Source of the DNA: a bacterium
Lineage (GTDB): Bacteria > Patescibacteriota > Patescibacteriia > JAACEG01 > JAGUWE01
NCBI GenBank assembly: GCA_043798995.1
Contig: JAZDOD010000008.1
Span: 25,327 to 89,326, forward strand
Reading direction: 5' to 3'
Length of the DNA: 64,000 bases
In this document: positions 9,575 to 18,672 of the stretch, piece after piece
Position numbering within the stretch: position 1 is the first letter of the stretch
Layout of the letters: every line of letters starts with the position of its first letter
Program-made: the position numbers and the translations under genes
The notes under the pieces: generated by a model
The model's input: only the letters and a program-made list of their open reading frames with translations
The model's database searches: none
Told to the model about the DNA's origin: nothing

Positions 9575-10300
9575 ATGCGCGGAATAATTTTATCAGGCGG
9601 AAGCGCTACTCGGCTTCGCCCTTGCACTAAGGTAACGAGCAAGCAACTCTTGCCAGTTTATAATCGGCCAATGATTTATTATCCTTTGAATACTTTAATT
9701 AAAGCGGGAATTAAAGAGATTTTAATCATTGTGGCGCCAGAGCGGGCAGGGGATTATCTTAATTTGCTCGGCAGCGGCAAAGAATTTGGCGTTAAATTTA
9801 CTTATGAAATTCAGGATAAACCTCGTGGCCTGGCCGAAGCGTTTATTATTGGAGAAAATTTTATTGACAAAGAAGATGTAGTGATGATTTTAGGCGATAA
9901 TATTTTTGAAGATGATATTAGCCAAGAAATTCAGAGCTTTAAAAAGGGCGCAAAGATTTTTGCCAAAAAAGTGCCTGACCCAGAAAGATTTGGTGTAGTC
10001 AAATTCAATGAGAGCCAGAGAGCTGAAAAAATAGTTGAAAAACCGAAAGAATGGCTTAGTGATTATGCCATTACCGGACTTTATATCTATGATGGTCGGG
10101 TGGTAGAAGCAGCCAAGCAGGTTAAGCCAAGCGTTAGAGGGGAGTTGGAAATTGTTGATTTACATAATTGGTATCTGGAAAAAGGTGAACTTGAGGTGGC
10201 GATGGTTAATGGTGAATGGATAGATGCTGGAACTTTTGACAGCCTGCTTCGGGCCCAAATTTTGGCTAAAGAAAAATTGCAGGGCAAATTAGTGATATAA
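9575..10300 (+). CDS. rfbA: Glucose-1-phosphate thymidylyltransferase-like sugar nucleotidyltransferase
   Basis: MRGIILSGGSATRLRPCT…KQLLPVY is the nucleotidyltransferase G-rich loop; short-form RmlA. Confidence 0.75.
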   Translation: MRGIILSGGSATRLRPCTKVTSKQLLPVYNRPMIYYPLNTLIKAGIKEILIIVAPERAGDYLNLLGSGKEFGVKFTYEIQDKPRGLAEAFIIGENFIDKEDVVMILGDNIFEDDISQEIQSFKKGAKIFAKKVPDPERFGVVKFNESQRAEKIVEKPKEWLSDYAITGLYIYDGRVVEAAKQVKPSVRGELEIVDLHNWYLEKGELEVAMVNGEWIDAGTFDSLLRAQILAKEKLQGKLVI

Positions 10301-10317
10301 AATTGTAGTTAAAAATA

Positions 10318-10424
10318 AAGGGTATTAAACCCTTTGATATCAGCGCCTGCCTGCGCAGGCAGGCTCGTTCGGAAATGAATCCGCCAGCTGGCGGATTCAT
10401 TTCTCTCGCTTGCTTGATAATAAA
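10318..10424 (+). repeat. Family-2 mosaic palindromic element, copy A (modules M1-M2-M3)
   Basis: aaaccctttgatatcagcGCCTGCCTGCGCAGGCAGGCtcg contains a perfect 20-bp palindrome. It is followed by aatgaatCCGCCagctGGCGGattcatt and ctcgcttgcttgataataaaa. Related copies lie at 17023 and 46862. Confidence 0.6.
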
Positions 10425-10456
10425 AAACAAGTTTTAAGCTTGTTTTTTATTTTGGT
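10425..10456. terminator. Bidirectional intrinsic terminator between convergent genes
   Basis: aaaacaag tttt aag cttgtttttt flanked by A/T runs on both strands. Confidence 0.45.
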
Positions 10457-10473
10457 TAAATATTGAATTTAAT

Positions 10474-11859
10474 TTATTGGATTTCAATTTGGTATAAATT
10501 AAAAAGCCCAGTTTCTTTTTTTAAAGTTAAATATAGTTTATCACCATTACTGTTTATAAATAAATCGTTAATTTTTCCTTTAACCGGATAATTAACAATG
10601 TTGATTTTGTCCCTAAGATCTAACTCAACAATTTTAATCTCTTCTTCGGAACTGAAAATAAGATGATTCCAATCCGGATACCAGATAATTCGACCGATGG
10701 GTTGACTGAATCTTGAAATAAGTTCTTTTTTATTTTCTTTTTGGTAATAAACAATAATTTCAAAGTCGTTATAATAGAGAAGTTTATCATTATCTTTTTC
10801 TTCTGCCCAACTGGCATCTTTGGCAGTAGCAGTTAAAATTTCCCCTAAATCATCATTGACCACTATTAATTTAGTTGCGGTTTTATCCAACAAGGTTAGT
10901 AAATTAGGCGAATCAATAAAACGATAGTTTTTGCCATCTAAGCCAAAAGAGTTGGTCAATTGCTGTTTTAATGCACTTCTATCGGCTTTGGCTAAATAAT
11001 TAGTTTCAGGAGTTGAAATTATGAGATAAAAATCATTGCCTTTGATTAAAAAATCATTGATTTTAAGATTGCTCGGTACTATTTCTAAAATACTTTTTTC
11101 GTTTCCGTTGCCCAAATCTAATTGAATAATTTTATTTTTTTGAACGTAATATAGAAAATTATTATTTTGTTTATCCAATTTGATATTTTGCCACAAAACA
11201 GCTGCCGGCAGAACAACTCTTTGCTGGCTGAAATTTTCTAAATTGTAAATGTAAAATTCTGGACTTGATCTTTTTTTGTCCAAGTGACGATCTATAGCAT
11301 AGAAGATTTTTTTATTATCAAAGGATGGGATAAAATCAACAAATTCAGCGGTAGTGGTAGCTAAAGTTGTTTCCTGAACATTTACTAAATTTAAAAGATT
11401 TAAACTGGAAAAATCATTTTCCCCCTTTACGGATAAGATTTTATCGTTATTTTTAGTCGATTTAATTAATTTTAGATTTTGAGAAAATTTTATCGGTAAA
11501 ATTTTATTTTTAAAAAGTTTTATATTCTGAGCAAAGGTGGTTAATTCAGGGTAAATGGCCAATGTTTTTTGCCAGTCAAAGTAATTGCTTTTACTAACTT
11601 TTATTTTATATTCGCCGGGCAAAAGCCGTGTTAAACGGACAAAATTATCAAAAATCGTGGTGCTTAATTTGAATTCATCGTTTAGGAAAACATTAGCTTC
11701 TTTCGGTTGATATGTTAAAATTAGAGCCCCTGTTTTTTCAAAAGTATTTTTTTTGAAATTAAATTGATAACCTTGGGTATGCAAAACAATCAAGTAGGTG
11801 AAAATAAAAAAACAAAGAACAAAAAATAAAAAAATTATTCTCCTGGTGCGAAGAGTCAT
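10474..11859 (-). CDS. Membrane-anchored secreted protein with a PEGA-like domain and beta-rich repeats
   Basis: N-terminal TM helix (IIFLFFVLCFFIFTYLIVL), a PGEYKIKVSKSNYFDWQKT PEGA-like motif and repeated NxxLYY-type beta strands. Confidence 0.5.
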   Translation of the reverse strand: MTLRTRRIIFLFFVLCFFIFTYLIVLHTQGYQFNFKKNTFEKTGALILTYQPKEANVFLNDEFKLSTTIFDNFVRLTRLLPGEYKIKVSKSNYFDWQKTLAIYPELTTFAQNIKLFKNKILPIKFSQNLKLIKSTKNNDKILSVKGENDFSSLNLLNLVNVQETTLATTTAEFVDFIPSFDNKKIFYAIDRHLDKKRSSPEFYIYNLENFSQQRVVLPAAVLWQNIKLDKQNNNFLYYVQKNKIIQLDLGNGNEKSILEIVPSNLKINDFLIKGNDFYLIISTPETNYLAKADRSALKQQLTNSFGLDGKNYRFIDSPNLLTLLDKTATKLIVVNDDLGEILTATAKDASWAEEKDNDKLLYYNDFEIIVYYQKENKKELISRFSQPIGRIIWYPDWNHLIFSSEEEIKIVELDLRDKINIVNYPVKGKINDLFINSNGDKLYLTLKKETGLFNLYQIEIQ

Positions 11860-11865
11860 AATTAT

Positions 11866-13119
11866 TTAGATGATTTTTATTTTGGCGCCGATTTGTTGAA
11901 GGCGTTCGGCAATATTTTCATAGCCTCTTTCAATTTGATAGACATTGTCAATGGTTGTCTGACCCTCGGCAATCAAGCCCGCCAGAATTAAAGTCATGCC
12001 GGCTCTCAGGTCGGGGCTGTCAACTTTTTTGCCATAAAGCTTGGTTGGGCCATTGACAATAACACGATGCGGATCGCACATAATAATATTCGCCCCCATC
12101 TGGTTAAGTTTATCAGTAAAAAAAAGGCGGCCTTCAAAAATAGGGTCATGAATTAAACTTGTACCTTGGGCTTGGGTCATAAGCAGTGTAAATGGCGCCT
12201 GAAGATCAGTGGGGAAGCCGGGGTATTCATGGGTGATGAGATCCGTGGCTTTAAATTTTTTCACCTGTTTGGTTAAAAGATAATCGTTGCCGATTTCAAA
12301 AACTCCGCCGACTTTTTTTATCATAGCTAAAAAAGTTTCTAAACGAGCTGGTTCGCAGTTATTTATCTTTAAGGAATTGCCGGTTAAAAGGCCCATAATA
12401 ACAAAAGTGCCGGTTTCAATTCGATCAGGCATAATAGTCAGATCTCGGCCATTAAGCTTTTCTACGCCCTCAATAATTATTGTCGGCGTACCAGCCCCAT
12501 TAATTTTAGCGCCGCAGTCATTGAGCCATTGGGCTAAGCTGGAAATTTCAGGCTCCATGGCGCAGTTTTTAAGAATAGTTTTGCCTGGCGTAAGAGTTGC
12601 CAACATTATTAAGGTCTCGGTGCCAGTCACGCTGACTCGAGTAAAAATAAAATTAGCGCCTCGTAATTTATTGGCTTTAATAACAAAAAAATTTTCTTCT
12701 TCAATAATTTCTGCTCCCAGGGCCTTAAAACCCGCCAAAAACATATCAATCGGTCTTTGGCCGATAGGGCAGCCGCCCGGTTTGGTAATTTTAACTTCCT
12801 TGAGACGAGCTAAAAGCGGGCCTGACAAAACTATAGAGGCTCTTAAGCTTTGAGCAAGTTTAGTGTCCAGTTGGGTTTTAGAAACTGATTTAGTGCAAAT
12901 TGAATATTTACCATCCTTTATTTTTTCAATTTTTGTCCCCGAATCTTTTAGAATTTCGATCATTCTTAAAACATCACCGATTTCCGGTACATTATCAATA
13001 GTTATTTCTTCATCTATCAAAATACAGCCGGCTAAGACCTTTAAAGCCAGGTTTTTTGCTCCTTTAACCTCAACTTCACCGCTAAGTTTATGGCCACCTT
13101 CAATCAAATATTGATTCAT
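11866..13119 (-). CDS. murA: UDP-N-acetylglucosamine 1-carboxyvinyltransferase
   Basis: Full-length similarity to MurA, with KNLALKVLAGC…, the catalytic Cys region KPGGCPIGQRPIDMF, and GFPTDLQAPF. Confidence 0.9.
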   Translation of the reverse strand: MNQYLIEGGHKLSGEVEVKGAKNLALKVLAGCILIDEEITIDNVPEIGDVLRMIEILKDSGTKIEKIKDGKYSICTKSVSKTQLDTKLAQSLRASIVLSGPLLARLKEVKITKPGGCPIGQRPIDMFLAGFKALGAEIIEEENFFVIKANKLRGANFIFTRVSVTGTETLIMLATLTPGKTILKNCAMEPEISSLAQWLNDCGAKINGAGTPTIIIEGVEKLNGRDLTIMPDRIETGTFVIMGLLTGNSLKINNCEPARLETFLAMIKKVGGVFEIGNDYLLTKQVKKFKATDLITHEYPGFPTDLQAPFTLLMTQAQGTSLIHDPIFEGRLFFTDKLNQMGANIIMCDPHRVIVNGPTKLYGKKVDSPDLRAGMTLILAGLIAEGQTTIDNVYQIERGYENIAERLQQIGAKIKII

Positions 13120-13248
13120 AAATTTTTAGTCTTCAAATTACTTATAGTTTAATTTATTAAACTTAAATTGTAAAGATGGCATTGTCAATTAATACTATCT
13201 GTGTTAAAATTAAAAAAATTGTGAATTTAAAATTTAATTTTTTAATTT

Positions 13249-14496
13249 ATGTTTTTATTTTTACAAAATCAAAATCAAAAACCGAAAAATAAAGGCGTTA
13301 AATTTTTAGCTTTCTTTTTGGTTATTATTTTAATTGTTAGCAGTTTTACTTTGGGAATTTTAGTTGGGCAAAGACAGATTTTTTTGGGCAGTAGTTTTAG
13401 AACAGTTAATAGCGGTCTTTTAAGCAGTAAAGCTAATGAAAAAATTGATTTTTCTCTTTTTTGGCAGGTTTGGAATTTTGTTAAAGATAATTATGTTAAC
13501 CAGCCGGTTGAGGATAAAAAATTATTTTATGGAGCGCTTTCCGGGATCGTGGCCTCGCTTGAAGATCAGCATTCAGTTTTTTTGGAACCTGAAACAGCCC
13601 AAAAATTCAGTCAGGAATTAAATAGTGATTTGGAAGGAATCGGCGCCGAAGTCGGTATTAAAAAAGACCTTTTAACAATTGTGGCACCATTGCCTGATTC
13701 GCCGGCCGAAAAAGCTGGGCTCCGGGCAGGCGACAAGATTTTAAAAATTGATGATTTGGAGACCCAAGGCCTGGATTTAGATTATGCTATTAATTTAATT
13801 AGAGGCAAAACCGGGACGCAAGTTCGTTTAACTATTGGCCGGGAGGGCTGGACCGAACCAAAAGAATTTACTATTACTAGAAAAAAAATCCATTTTAAAA
13901 CCGTTAAGTGGGAAAAGAAGGATAACAATATCATTTTATTGACCATTTCCAATTTTAATGAGGATACCGAAGCCGAGTTTAATTTAGCCGCCAAGGAAAT
14001 TTTAGCCCAATCACCGCGCGGTCTAATTTTGGATTTGCGCAACGATCCAGGCGGTTATTTGGATACGGCTGTTCATGTAGCTAGTTTTTGGGTGGAAAAA
14101 GGACAAGTAGTAGTTAAGGAAAAATTTAGCAATGGTCTTGTGACTGAGCATAAATCAAACGGTCCGGCTTATTTTAAAGATTATAAAACAATTGTTTTGG
14201 TTAATCAGGGCAGTGCTTCTGGTTCAGAAATATTAGCCGGCGCGCTTCAGGATTATGGCTTGGCGACTTTAGTTGGTAAAAAAACTTTTGGTAAGGGATC
14301 TGTTCAGACATTGGAGGAATTAAAAGATGGATCAGCCGTTAAATTAACCATTGCTAAGTGGCTTACGCCACGCGATCGTTCGATTGAAGAAGAAGGCGTT
14401 AAGCCGGATACGGAAATTGATTTAACCGAAGATGATTATAATAATGATAAGGACCCGCAATTGGACAAGGCGATTGAATTGATTAATAAAAAATAG
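13249..14496 (+). CDS. ctpA: Carboxyl-terminal processing protease (S41, PDZ-containing)
   Basis: N-terminal TM helix, a PDZ domain (GIGAEVGIKKD…AGLRAGDKILKID) and S41 motifs LILDLRNDPGGYLD and GSASGSEILAGAL. Confidence 0.85.
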   Translation: MFLFLQNQNQKPKNKGVKFLAFFLVIILIVSSFTLGILVGQRQIFLGSSFRTVNSGLLSSKANEKIDFSLFWQVWNFVKDNYVNQPVEDKKLFYGALSGIVASLEDQHSVFLEPETAQKFSQELNSDLEGIGAEVGIKKDLLTIVAPLPDSPAEKAGLRAGDKILKIDDLETQGLDLDYAINLIRGKTGTQVRLTIGREGWTEPKEFTITRKKIHFKTVKWEKKDNNIILLTISNFNEDTEAEFNLAAKEILAQSPRGLILDLRNDPGGYLDTAVHVASFWVEKGQVVVKEKFSNGLVTEHKSNGPAYFKDYKTIVLVNQGSASGSEILAGALQDYGLATLVGKKTFGKGSVQTLEELKDGSAVKLTIAKWLTPRDRSIEEEGVKPDTEIDLTEDDYNNDKDPQLDKAIELINKK

Positions 14497-14520
14497 TTTT
14501 AGTTTGTCAATTTTAAAATT

Positions 14521-14607
14521 AGCCAAGATTAGTTAATTTTCTTCTGCGGAACTCTCCGCCAGCCGGCGGATCAAACAGTCCTCGTGCGAAAATTAGCTAA
14601 TCTTGGC
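14521..14607 (+). repeat. Family-1 structured element, copy 3
   Basis: Outer stem agccaagattagttaatttt / aaaattagctaatcttggc, with G-U compensatory changes relative to copy 1. Same core, with inner hairpin tccgccagccggcgga. Confidence 0.6.
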
Positions 14608-14634
14608 CGTGATAGTTATAAAATAAATAGTTCT

Positions 14635-14907
14635 ATGAAAACCTTGCAAATCAAAGTTTATGGCCGGGTGCAGGGAGTATTTTTTCGTTCAAGTATCAAA
14701 GAAAAAGCTGAAAATTTTGGGATTAGTGGCTGGGTGAAAAATGAGCCGGACGGAACAGTTTTAATTGTTGCTCAGGGTCCTGAAAATAGCTTGAAAGAGT
14801 TGATTAAATGGTGTTATAATGGAATCGGAGGAGCTCGGGTCACTAAAATTGAAAGTGAGCCGATTGAGCCAAGAGAAAAATTTGAAAAATTTGAGATAAA
14901 ATTATGA
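14635..14907 (+). CDS. acyP: Acylphosphatase
   Basis: [11 protein letters not shown] and [11 protein letters not shown] are acylphosphatase signatures in a 90-aa protein. The track's upstream start at 14584 lies inside the repeat and is unlikely. Confidence 0.75.
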   Translation: MKTLQIKVYGRVQGVFFRSSIKEKAENFGISGWVKNEPDGTVLIVAQGPENSLKELIKWCYNGIGGARVTKIESEPIEPREKFEKFEIKL

Positions 14908-15350
14908 AGGTCGTTTTACTTAAAAAAGTGCCGGGGTTAGGGGAGAAGGGCGAAATCAAGGAGGTTTCCGATGGTTACGTCCGAAATTTTTTATTACCCA
15001 AGAAATTAGCCAAAATTGCTTCCTCTGATGCTCTGGATCAGCTTCAGCAAGAAAAAGAACAGCAAGCCAAAGCCGCCGAACTTGATTTGCTTAAAACCCA
15101 AAAAACAGCCGAAAAGTTGGAAAGTTTAGAATTGGAAATAAAAGTTAAAGTCAACGAAACCGGCAAGCTTTTTGGCGCCGTCAATAAAGCTTTAATTTTG
15201 GAAAAAATAAAAGCCAAAGGAATTAAAAATTTGACCGAATCGCAAATTATTTTAACAGAACCGATCAAAGAAGTTAGTGAGCGCGAAGTATTAATTAATT
15301 TACCCCACGGCTTGGAAGCTAAGGTGATGGTGAGAGTGATTGCAGAGTAA
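14904..15350 (+). CDS. rplI: 50S ribosomal protein L9
   Basis: [36 protein letters not shown] is the canonical L9 N-terminus. Confidence 0.85.
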   Translation: MKVVLLKKVPGLGEKGEIKEVSDGYVRNFLLPKKLAKIASSDALDQLQQEKEQQAKAAELDLLKTQKTAEKLESLELEIKVKVNETGKLFGAVNKALILEKIKAKGIKNLTESQIILTEPIKEVSEREVLINLPHGLEAKVMVRVIAE

Positions 15351-15409
15351 ATTAAACAAAATTTAAATATAAAAAATAAAAATGATTTTAGAATTTTAAA
15401 TTTTAATTT

Positions 15410-17020
15410 ATGTCTCGTTATATTTTTGTCATTGGGGGTGTGATGTCGGGAGTAGGCAAGGGAATTGCCACTGCTTCTATTGGCAAAATTTTACAAAGCA
15501 AGGGCTTTAAGGTTACGGCCGTTAAAATTGATCCCTATATCAACGTTGACGCCGGCACTATGAACCCGATTGAGCACGGCGAAGTTTTTGTCACCGAAGA
15601 CGGCGATGAAACTGATCAGGATATCGGCAATTATGAACGATTTTTAAATACGGACATTTACCGCGATAACTATATGACCACCGGCCGGGTTTATTTGACT
15701 GTGATCCAGCGGGAGCGCAATTTGGAATATGAAGGCAAATGCGTTGAAGTGGTGCCGCACATTCCCGAAGAGGTGATGAACCGGCTCAAAAAAGTGGCCA
15801 GAAAATCACGGGCCGACTTTGTTATCATTGAAATTGGCGGCACGGTTGGCGAATATCAGAATATGCTTTTTTTGGAAGCAGCCAGAATGATGCATCTTAA
15901 AAATCCGCGCGATATAATGTTCGTGATGGTAAGTTATTTGCCCATTCCCTCAATGATCGGTGAAATGAAAACTAAACCTACGCAATACGCGGTAAGATCG
16001 CTTAATTCCGCCGGTATCCAGCCGGATTTTATTATTGCCCGTTCGCGGTTGCCGCTTGATGAACCGCGCAAAAGAAAAATTTCCACTTTCTGCAATGTGA
16101 CTGAAAATGATGTCATCAGCGCTCCGGATATTGAATCAATTTATGAAGTGCCGCTTAATTTTGAAAAAGAAAAATTAGGCAATAAAATTCTTAAAAAATT
16201 CGGTCTTAGTCCGTGCCGCAGAGATTTAAAAGATTGGCAAAAGATGATCAAGGCGGTCAAAACCGCTAAACGTGAAATCAAAGTCGGCATTGTCGGCAAA
16301 TATTTTGATACCGGCAACTTTACTTTAGCCGATTCTTATATTTCGGTTATTGAAGCGGTTAAACACGCCTGCGCGGTTAATCATTGCAAACCAAAATTTC
16401 ACTGGTTAAGCACCAAAATTTTAGAAAAAGAAGGAACGGATTGCCTTAAAGAAGTTGACGGCGTGATTGTGCCGCAAGGGTGGGGCAGTCGCGGATCCGA
16501 AGGCAAAATCAAAGCTATTCAGTATTGCCGGGAAAATAAAGTGCCGTATTTTGGCCTTTGTTACGGCATGCAGATGGCGGTTATTGAGTTTGCCAGAAAT
16601 GTCTGCGCCATGGAAAGGGCTAATTCAATGGAAGTTGATCCCCAGACGCCAAATCCGGTTATTCATATTATGCCCGATCAGCAAAAATATCTGGAACGCC
16701 GTCAGTACGGCGGCACCATTAGATTAGGCGCCTGGCCCTGCGCTCTGAAAAAGGGAACAAAAATTTTTCAGATTTACAAAAAGAAAGAAATTTCCGAGCG
16801 CCACCGCCACCGCTATGAATTTAATAATGATTACCGCGAAACAATGGAGCAAAAAGGGCTTACCATTGGCGGCACCTCGCCCGATGATAAATTAGTGGAA
16901 GCAGTTGAAATTACAAATCATCCTTTTTTCATCGGCACTCAATTTCATCCAGAATATAAATCGCGGCCATTGGCGCCTCATCCATTATTTGTCGCTTTTA
17001 TTAAGGCCTGTTTAAAATAA
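15410..17020 (+). CDS. pyrG: CTP synthase
   Basis: YIFVTGGVMSGVGKG N-terminus, a glutamine amidotransferase domain with GLCYGMQ and HRHRYEFN. Confidence 0.95.
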   Translation: MSRYIFVIGGVMSGVGKGIATASIGKILQSKGFKVTAVKIDPYINVDAGTMNPIEHGEVFVTEDGDETDQDIGNYERFLNTDIYRDNYMTTGRVYLTVIQRERNLEYEGKCVEVVPHIPEEVMNRLKKVARKSRADFVIIEIGGTVGEYQNMLFLEAARMMHLKNPRDIMFVMVSYLPIPSMIGEMKTKPTQYAVRSLNSAGIQPDFIIARSRLPLDEPRKRKISTFCNVTENDVISAPDIESIYEVPLNFEKEKLGNKILKKFGLSPCRRDLKDWQKMIKAVKTAKREIKVGIVGKYFDTGNFTLADSYISVIEAVKHACAVNHCKPKFHWLSTKILEKEGTDCLKEVDGVIVPQGWGSRGSEGKIKAIQYCRENKVPYFGLCYGMQMAVIEFARNVCAMERANSMEVDPQTPNPVIHIMPDQQKYLERRQYGGTIRLGAWPCALKKGTKIFQIYKKKEISERHRHRYEFNNDYRETMEQKGLTIGGTSPDDKLVEAVEITNHPFFIGTQFHPEYKSRPLAPHPLFVAFIKACLK

Positions 17021-17022
17021 AG

Positions 17023-17128
17023 GGTGTTAAACCCTTTGATATCAGCGCCTGCCTGCGCAGGCAGGCTCGCTCGCCCGCCTAAATTTTTTTCAAAAATTTT
17101 GGTGGGTCTCGCTCTCTTGATAATAAAA
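17023..17128 (+). repeat. Family-2 mosaic palindromic element, copy B (M1-M4-M3)
   Basis: Overlaps the pyrG stop. It contains the 20-bp palindrome GCCTGCCTGCGCAGGCAGGC and the module cgcccgcctaaattttttt…ggtgggtctcgctctcttgataataaaa. Confidence 0.6.
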
Positions 17129-17131
17129 CCT

Positions 17132-17686
17132 ATGGACAGCGTTAAAAAAAAATCTAATTTTGCCAACAAAATTGTTTTTTTGATTTTTTTTTTGTTGATT
17201 ATCATTTTAATTGTAATTCTGATTAATAAAAATTTTGGGGAAAAGTCATTAAAACCGGAAATAACCATTTTTAAGGCCGAGCCAATTAACAAGGCCATTA
17301 AAGTCAATCTTCAGGCAACTGACAAGTTAGGGCTTAAAGAAATGGTTTTGCAGTTAAAAGAAGAAAAAATAGTGACTGATTGTAACTTGCAAAAATTATG
17401 TAGCCGCGAATTAGTAATTGACAATCCGCCACAAATGCCAAGCGATTTAATAACCTTAGTCGCCACCGTTACCAACATTCAGGGAGAAAAAGTTTCCGAG
17501 CAAAAGGTGGTGGAAATAAAGAAAAATGAGGTTAAACCTTGCGAGCAGCCAACTGACTGCGGCGAAATAAAAGACTGCGGCGAAAGCTGGCTTTGTCTTG
17601 AGGGATTTTGTGAGCCAGAATTTAAAAATTGCACCAGCACGGAAAATACAATCCCTAGTCCAACCAGTACGCCAGAGTTATATTAA
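17132..17686 (+). CDS. Hypothetical membrane-anchored protein with a Cys-rich C-terminal module
   Basis: ATG at 17132 follows the repeat; the track's upstream start lies inside the repeat. N-terminal TM helix, and a C-terminus PTDCGEIKDCGESWLCLEGFCEPEFKNC. Confidence 0.45.
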   Translation: MDSVKKKSNFANKIVFLIFFLLIIILIVILINKNFGEKSLKPEITIFKAEPINKAIKVNLQATDKLGLKEMVLQLKEEKIVTDCNLQKLCSRELVIDNPPQMPSDLITLVATVTNIQGEKVSEQKVVEIKKNEVKPCEQPTDCGEIKDCGESWLCLEGFCEPEFKNCTSTENTIPSPTSTPELY

Positions 17687-17700
17687 AAATTTTCAAAATT

Positions 17701-18183
17701 ATGATTCTAAATATATTAAAATATCCCAGTAAAATTTTACTTAAGCCGAATCAAAAAGTAGAAGTAATTGATGAAAAAATTAAGAAACTTATTTCTGATA
17801 TGGCAGAGACGATGTATGCTGCCGAAGGACGTGGTTTAGCTGCGCCGCAGGTAGGGGTAAATCTGCAAATTATTGTAGTTGACTCCGGAGATAAATCACA
17901 GGCCTTTGTTAATCCAGAAATTATTAAAATTTCAAAAAAATCTGAAATAATGGAAGAGGGTTGTCTGAGCTTGCCTGGAATTGAGGTTAAAGTTAAACGC
18001 TCTTGGCAAATTGAAGTTAAAACTCTTAATATAGAAGGTAAAGAAATTAAATTCAAAGCCGAAGATCTTTTAGCGCGGATTATTCAACATGAAATTGACC
18101 ATCTCAACGGCAAATTAATTTTAGATAGAGCTAATTTTTTGATTCGCCGCAAGATAATTAAAAAGTTAACCAATAAAATATGA
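17701..18183 (+). CDS. def: Peptide deformylase
   Basis: GLAAPQVG, EGCLSLPG and QHEIDHLNG are the three PDF motifs. Confidence 0.9.
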   Translation: MILNILKYPSKILLKPNQKVEVIDEKIKKLISDMAETMYAAEGRGLAAPQVGVNLQIIVVDSGDKSQAFVNPEIIKISKKSEIMEEGCLSLPGIEVKVKRSWQIEVKTLNIEGKEIKFKAEDLLARIIQHEIDHLNGKLILDRANFLIRRKIIKKLTNKI

Positions 18184-18650
18184 AAGAAAAAGAATTAAAA
18201 ATTTTAATTCTTATCTTTGTTGGCATTTTAATTTTGGCCGCTATCTTTATTTTTTTTATACCCTATTTTCAGGTTAATATTAGTTTTAATCCTGAAAGAA
18301 AGCCAATACCAAAAATAGAAGCCCAGCTTGCCAGCTCCAAAAGTCTTTATCAAAATAATGAAAAAATAACATTGGCGGCCAAAATTAAATCAGATAACCC
18401 GGTTGAAAATTTAACTGTCCATATATATGGATTTAAAGATAAAAAAGATCGCTATCTTCTTGATCAAACTAGAAACGTCAATTTGCCAGCCGGTCAGGAT
18501 TATTCAATCCAATTTGTTTTTCGCCTGCCTAACTGTTTTTCTTGCGCCGGCTTAAGTTCGGGTCCTTATCAGATAAAATTAGAAGTAATAAAAAACAGTC
18601 GTGTGCTTGATGCCGCCACCGCGGAAATTAATTTAGTTTCAGTCCAATAA
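18180..18650 (+). CDS. Hypothetical membrane-anchored protein
   Basis: 156 aa with an N-terminal TM helix; overlaps the def stop by 4 nt. Confidence 0.5.
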   Translation: MKEKELKILILIFVGILILAAIFIFFIPYFQVNISFNPERKPIPKIEAQLASSKSLYQNNEKITLAAKIKSDNPVENLTVHIYGFKDKKDRYLLDQTRNVNLPAGQDYSIQFVFRLPNCFSCAGLSSGPYQIKLEVIKNSRVLDAATAEINLVSVQ

Positions 18651-18672
18651 TTTAAATTATTAATTTAGAATT

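Noticed and set aside
12287-13114. + strand ORFs of 188 aa and 83 aa
   Set aside because: Antisense shadows of murA, whose minus-strand frame has full-length homology. Similar antisense or out-of-frame track ORFs inside pyrG, uvrA, the giant pilin, recJ and rpoD were rejected for the same reason.
14584-14634. Upstream extension of acylphosphatase (track start 14584)
   Set aside because: The extension lies inside the family-1 repeat's right arm. The acylphosphatase homology starts at [15 protein letters not shown] (14635), giving the canonical ~90-aa length.
17024-17131. Upstream extensions of the hypothetical gene (17024), dnaG (29917), uvrA (49877), the HD protein (49099) and plsC (61842)
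   Set aside because: Each extension overlaps a repeat element, a terminator, or the tRNA. Each has an internal ATG with a better RBS or homology-supported N-terminus.
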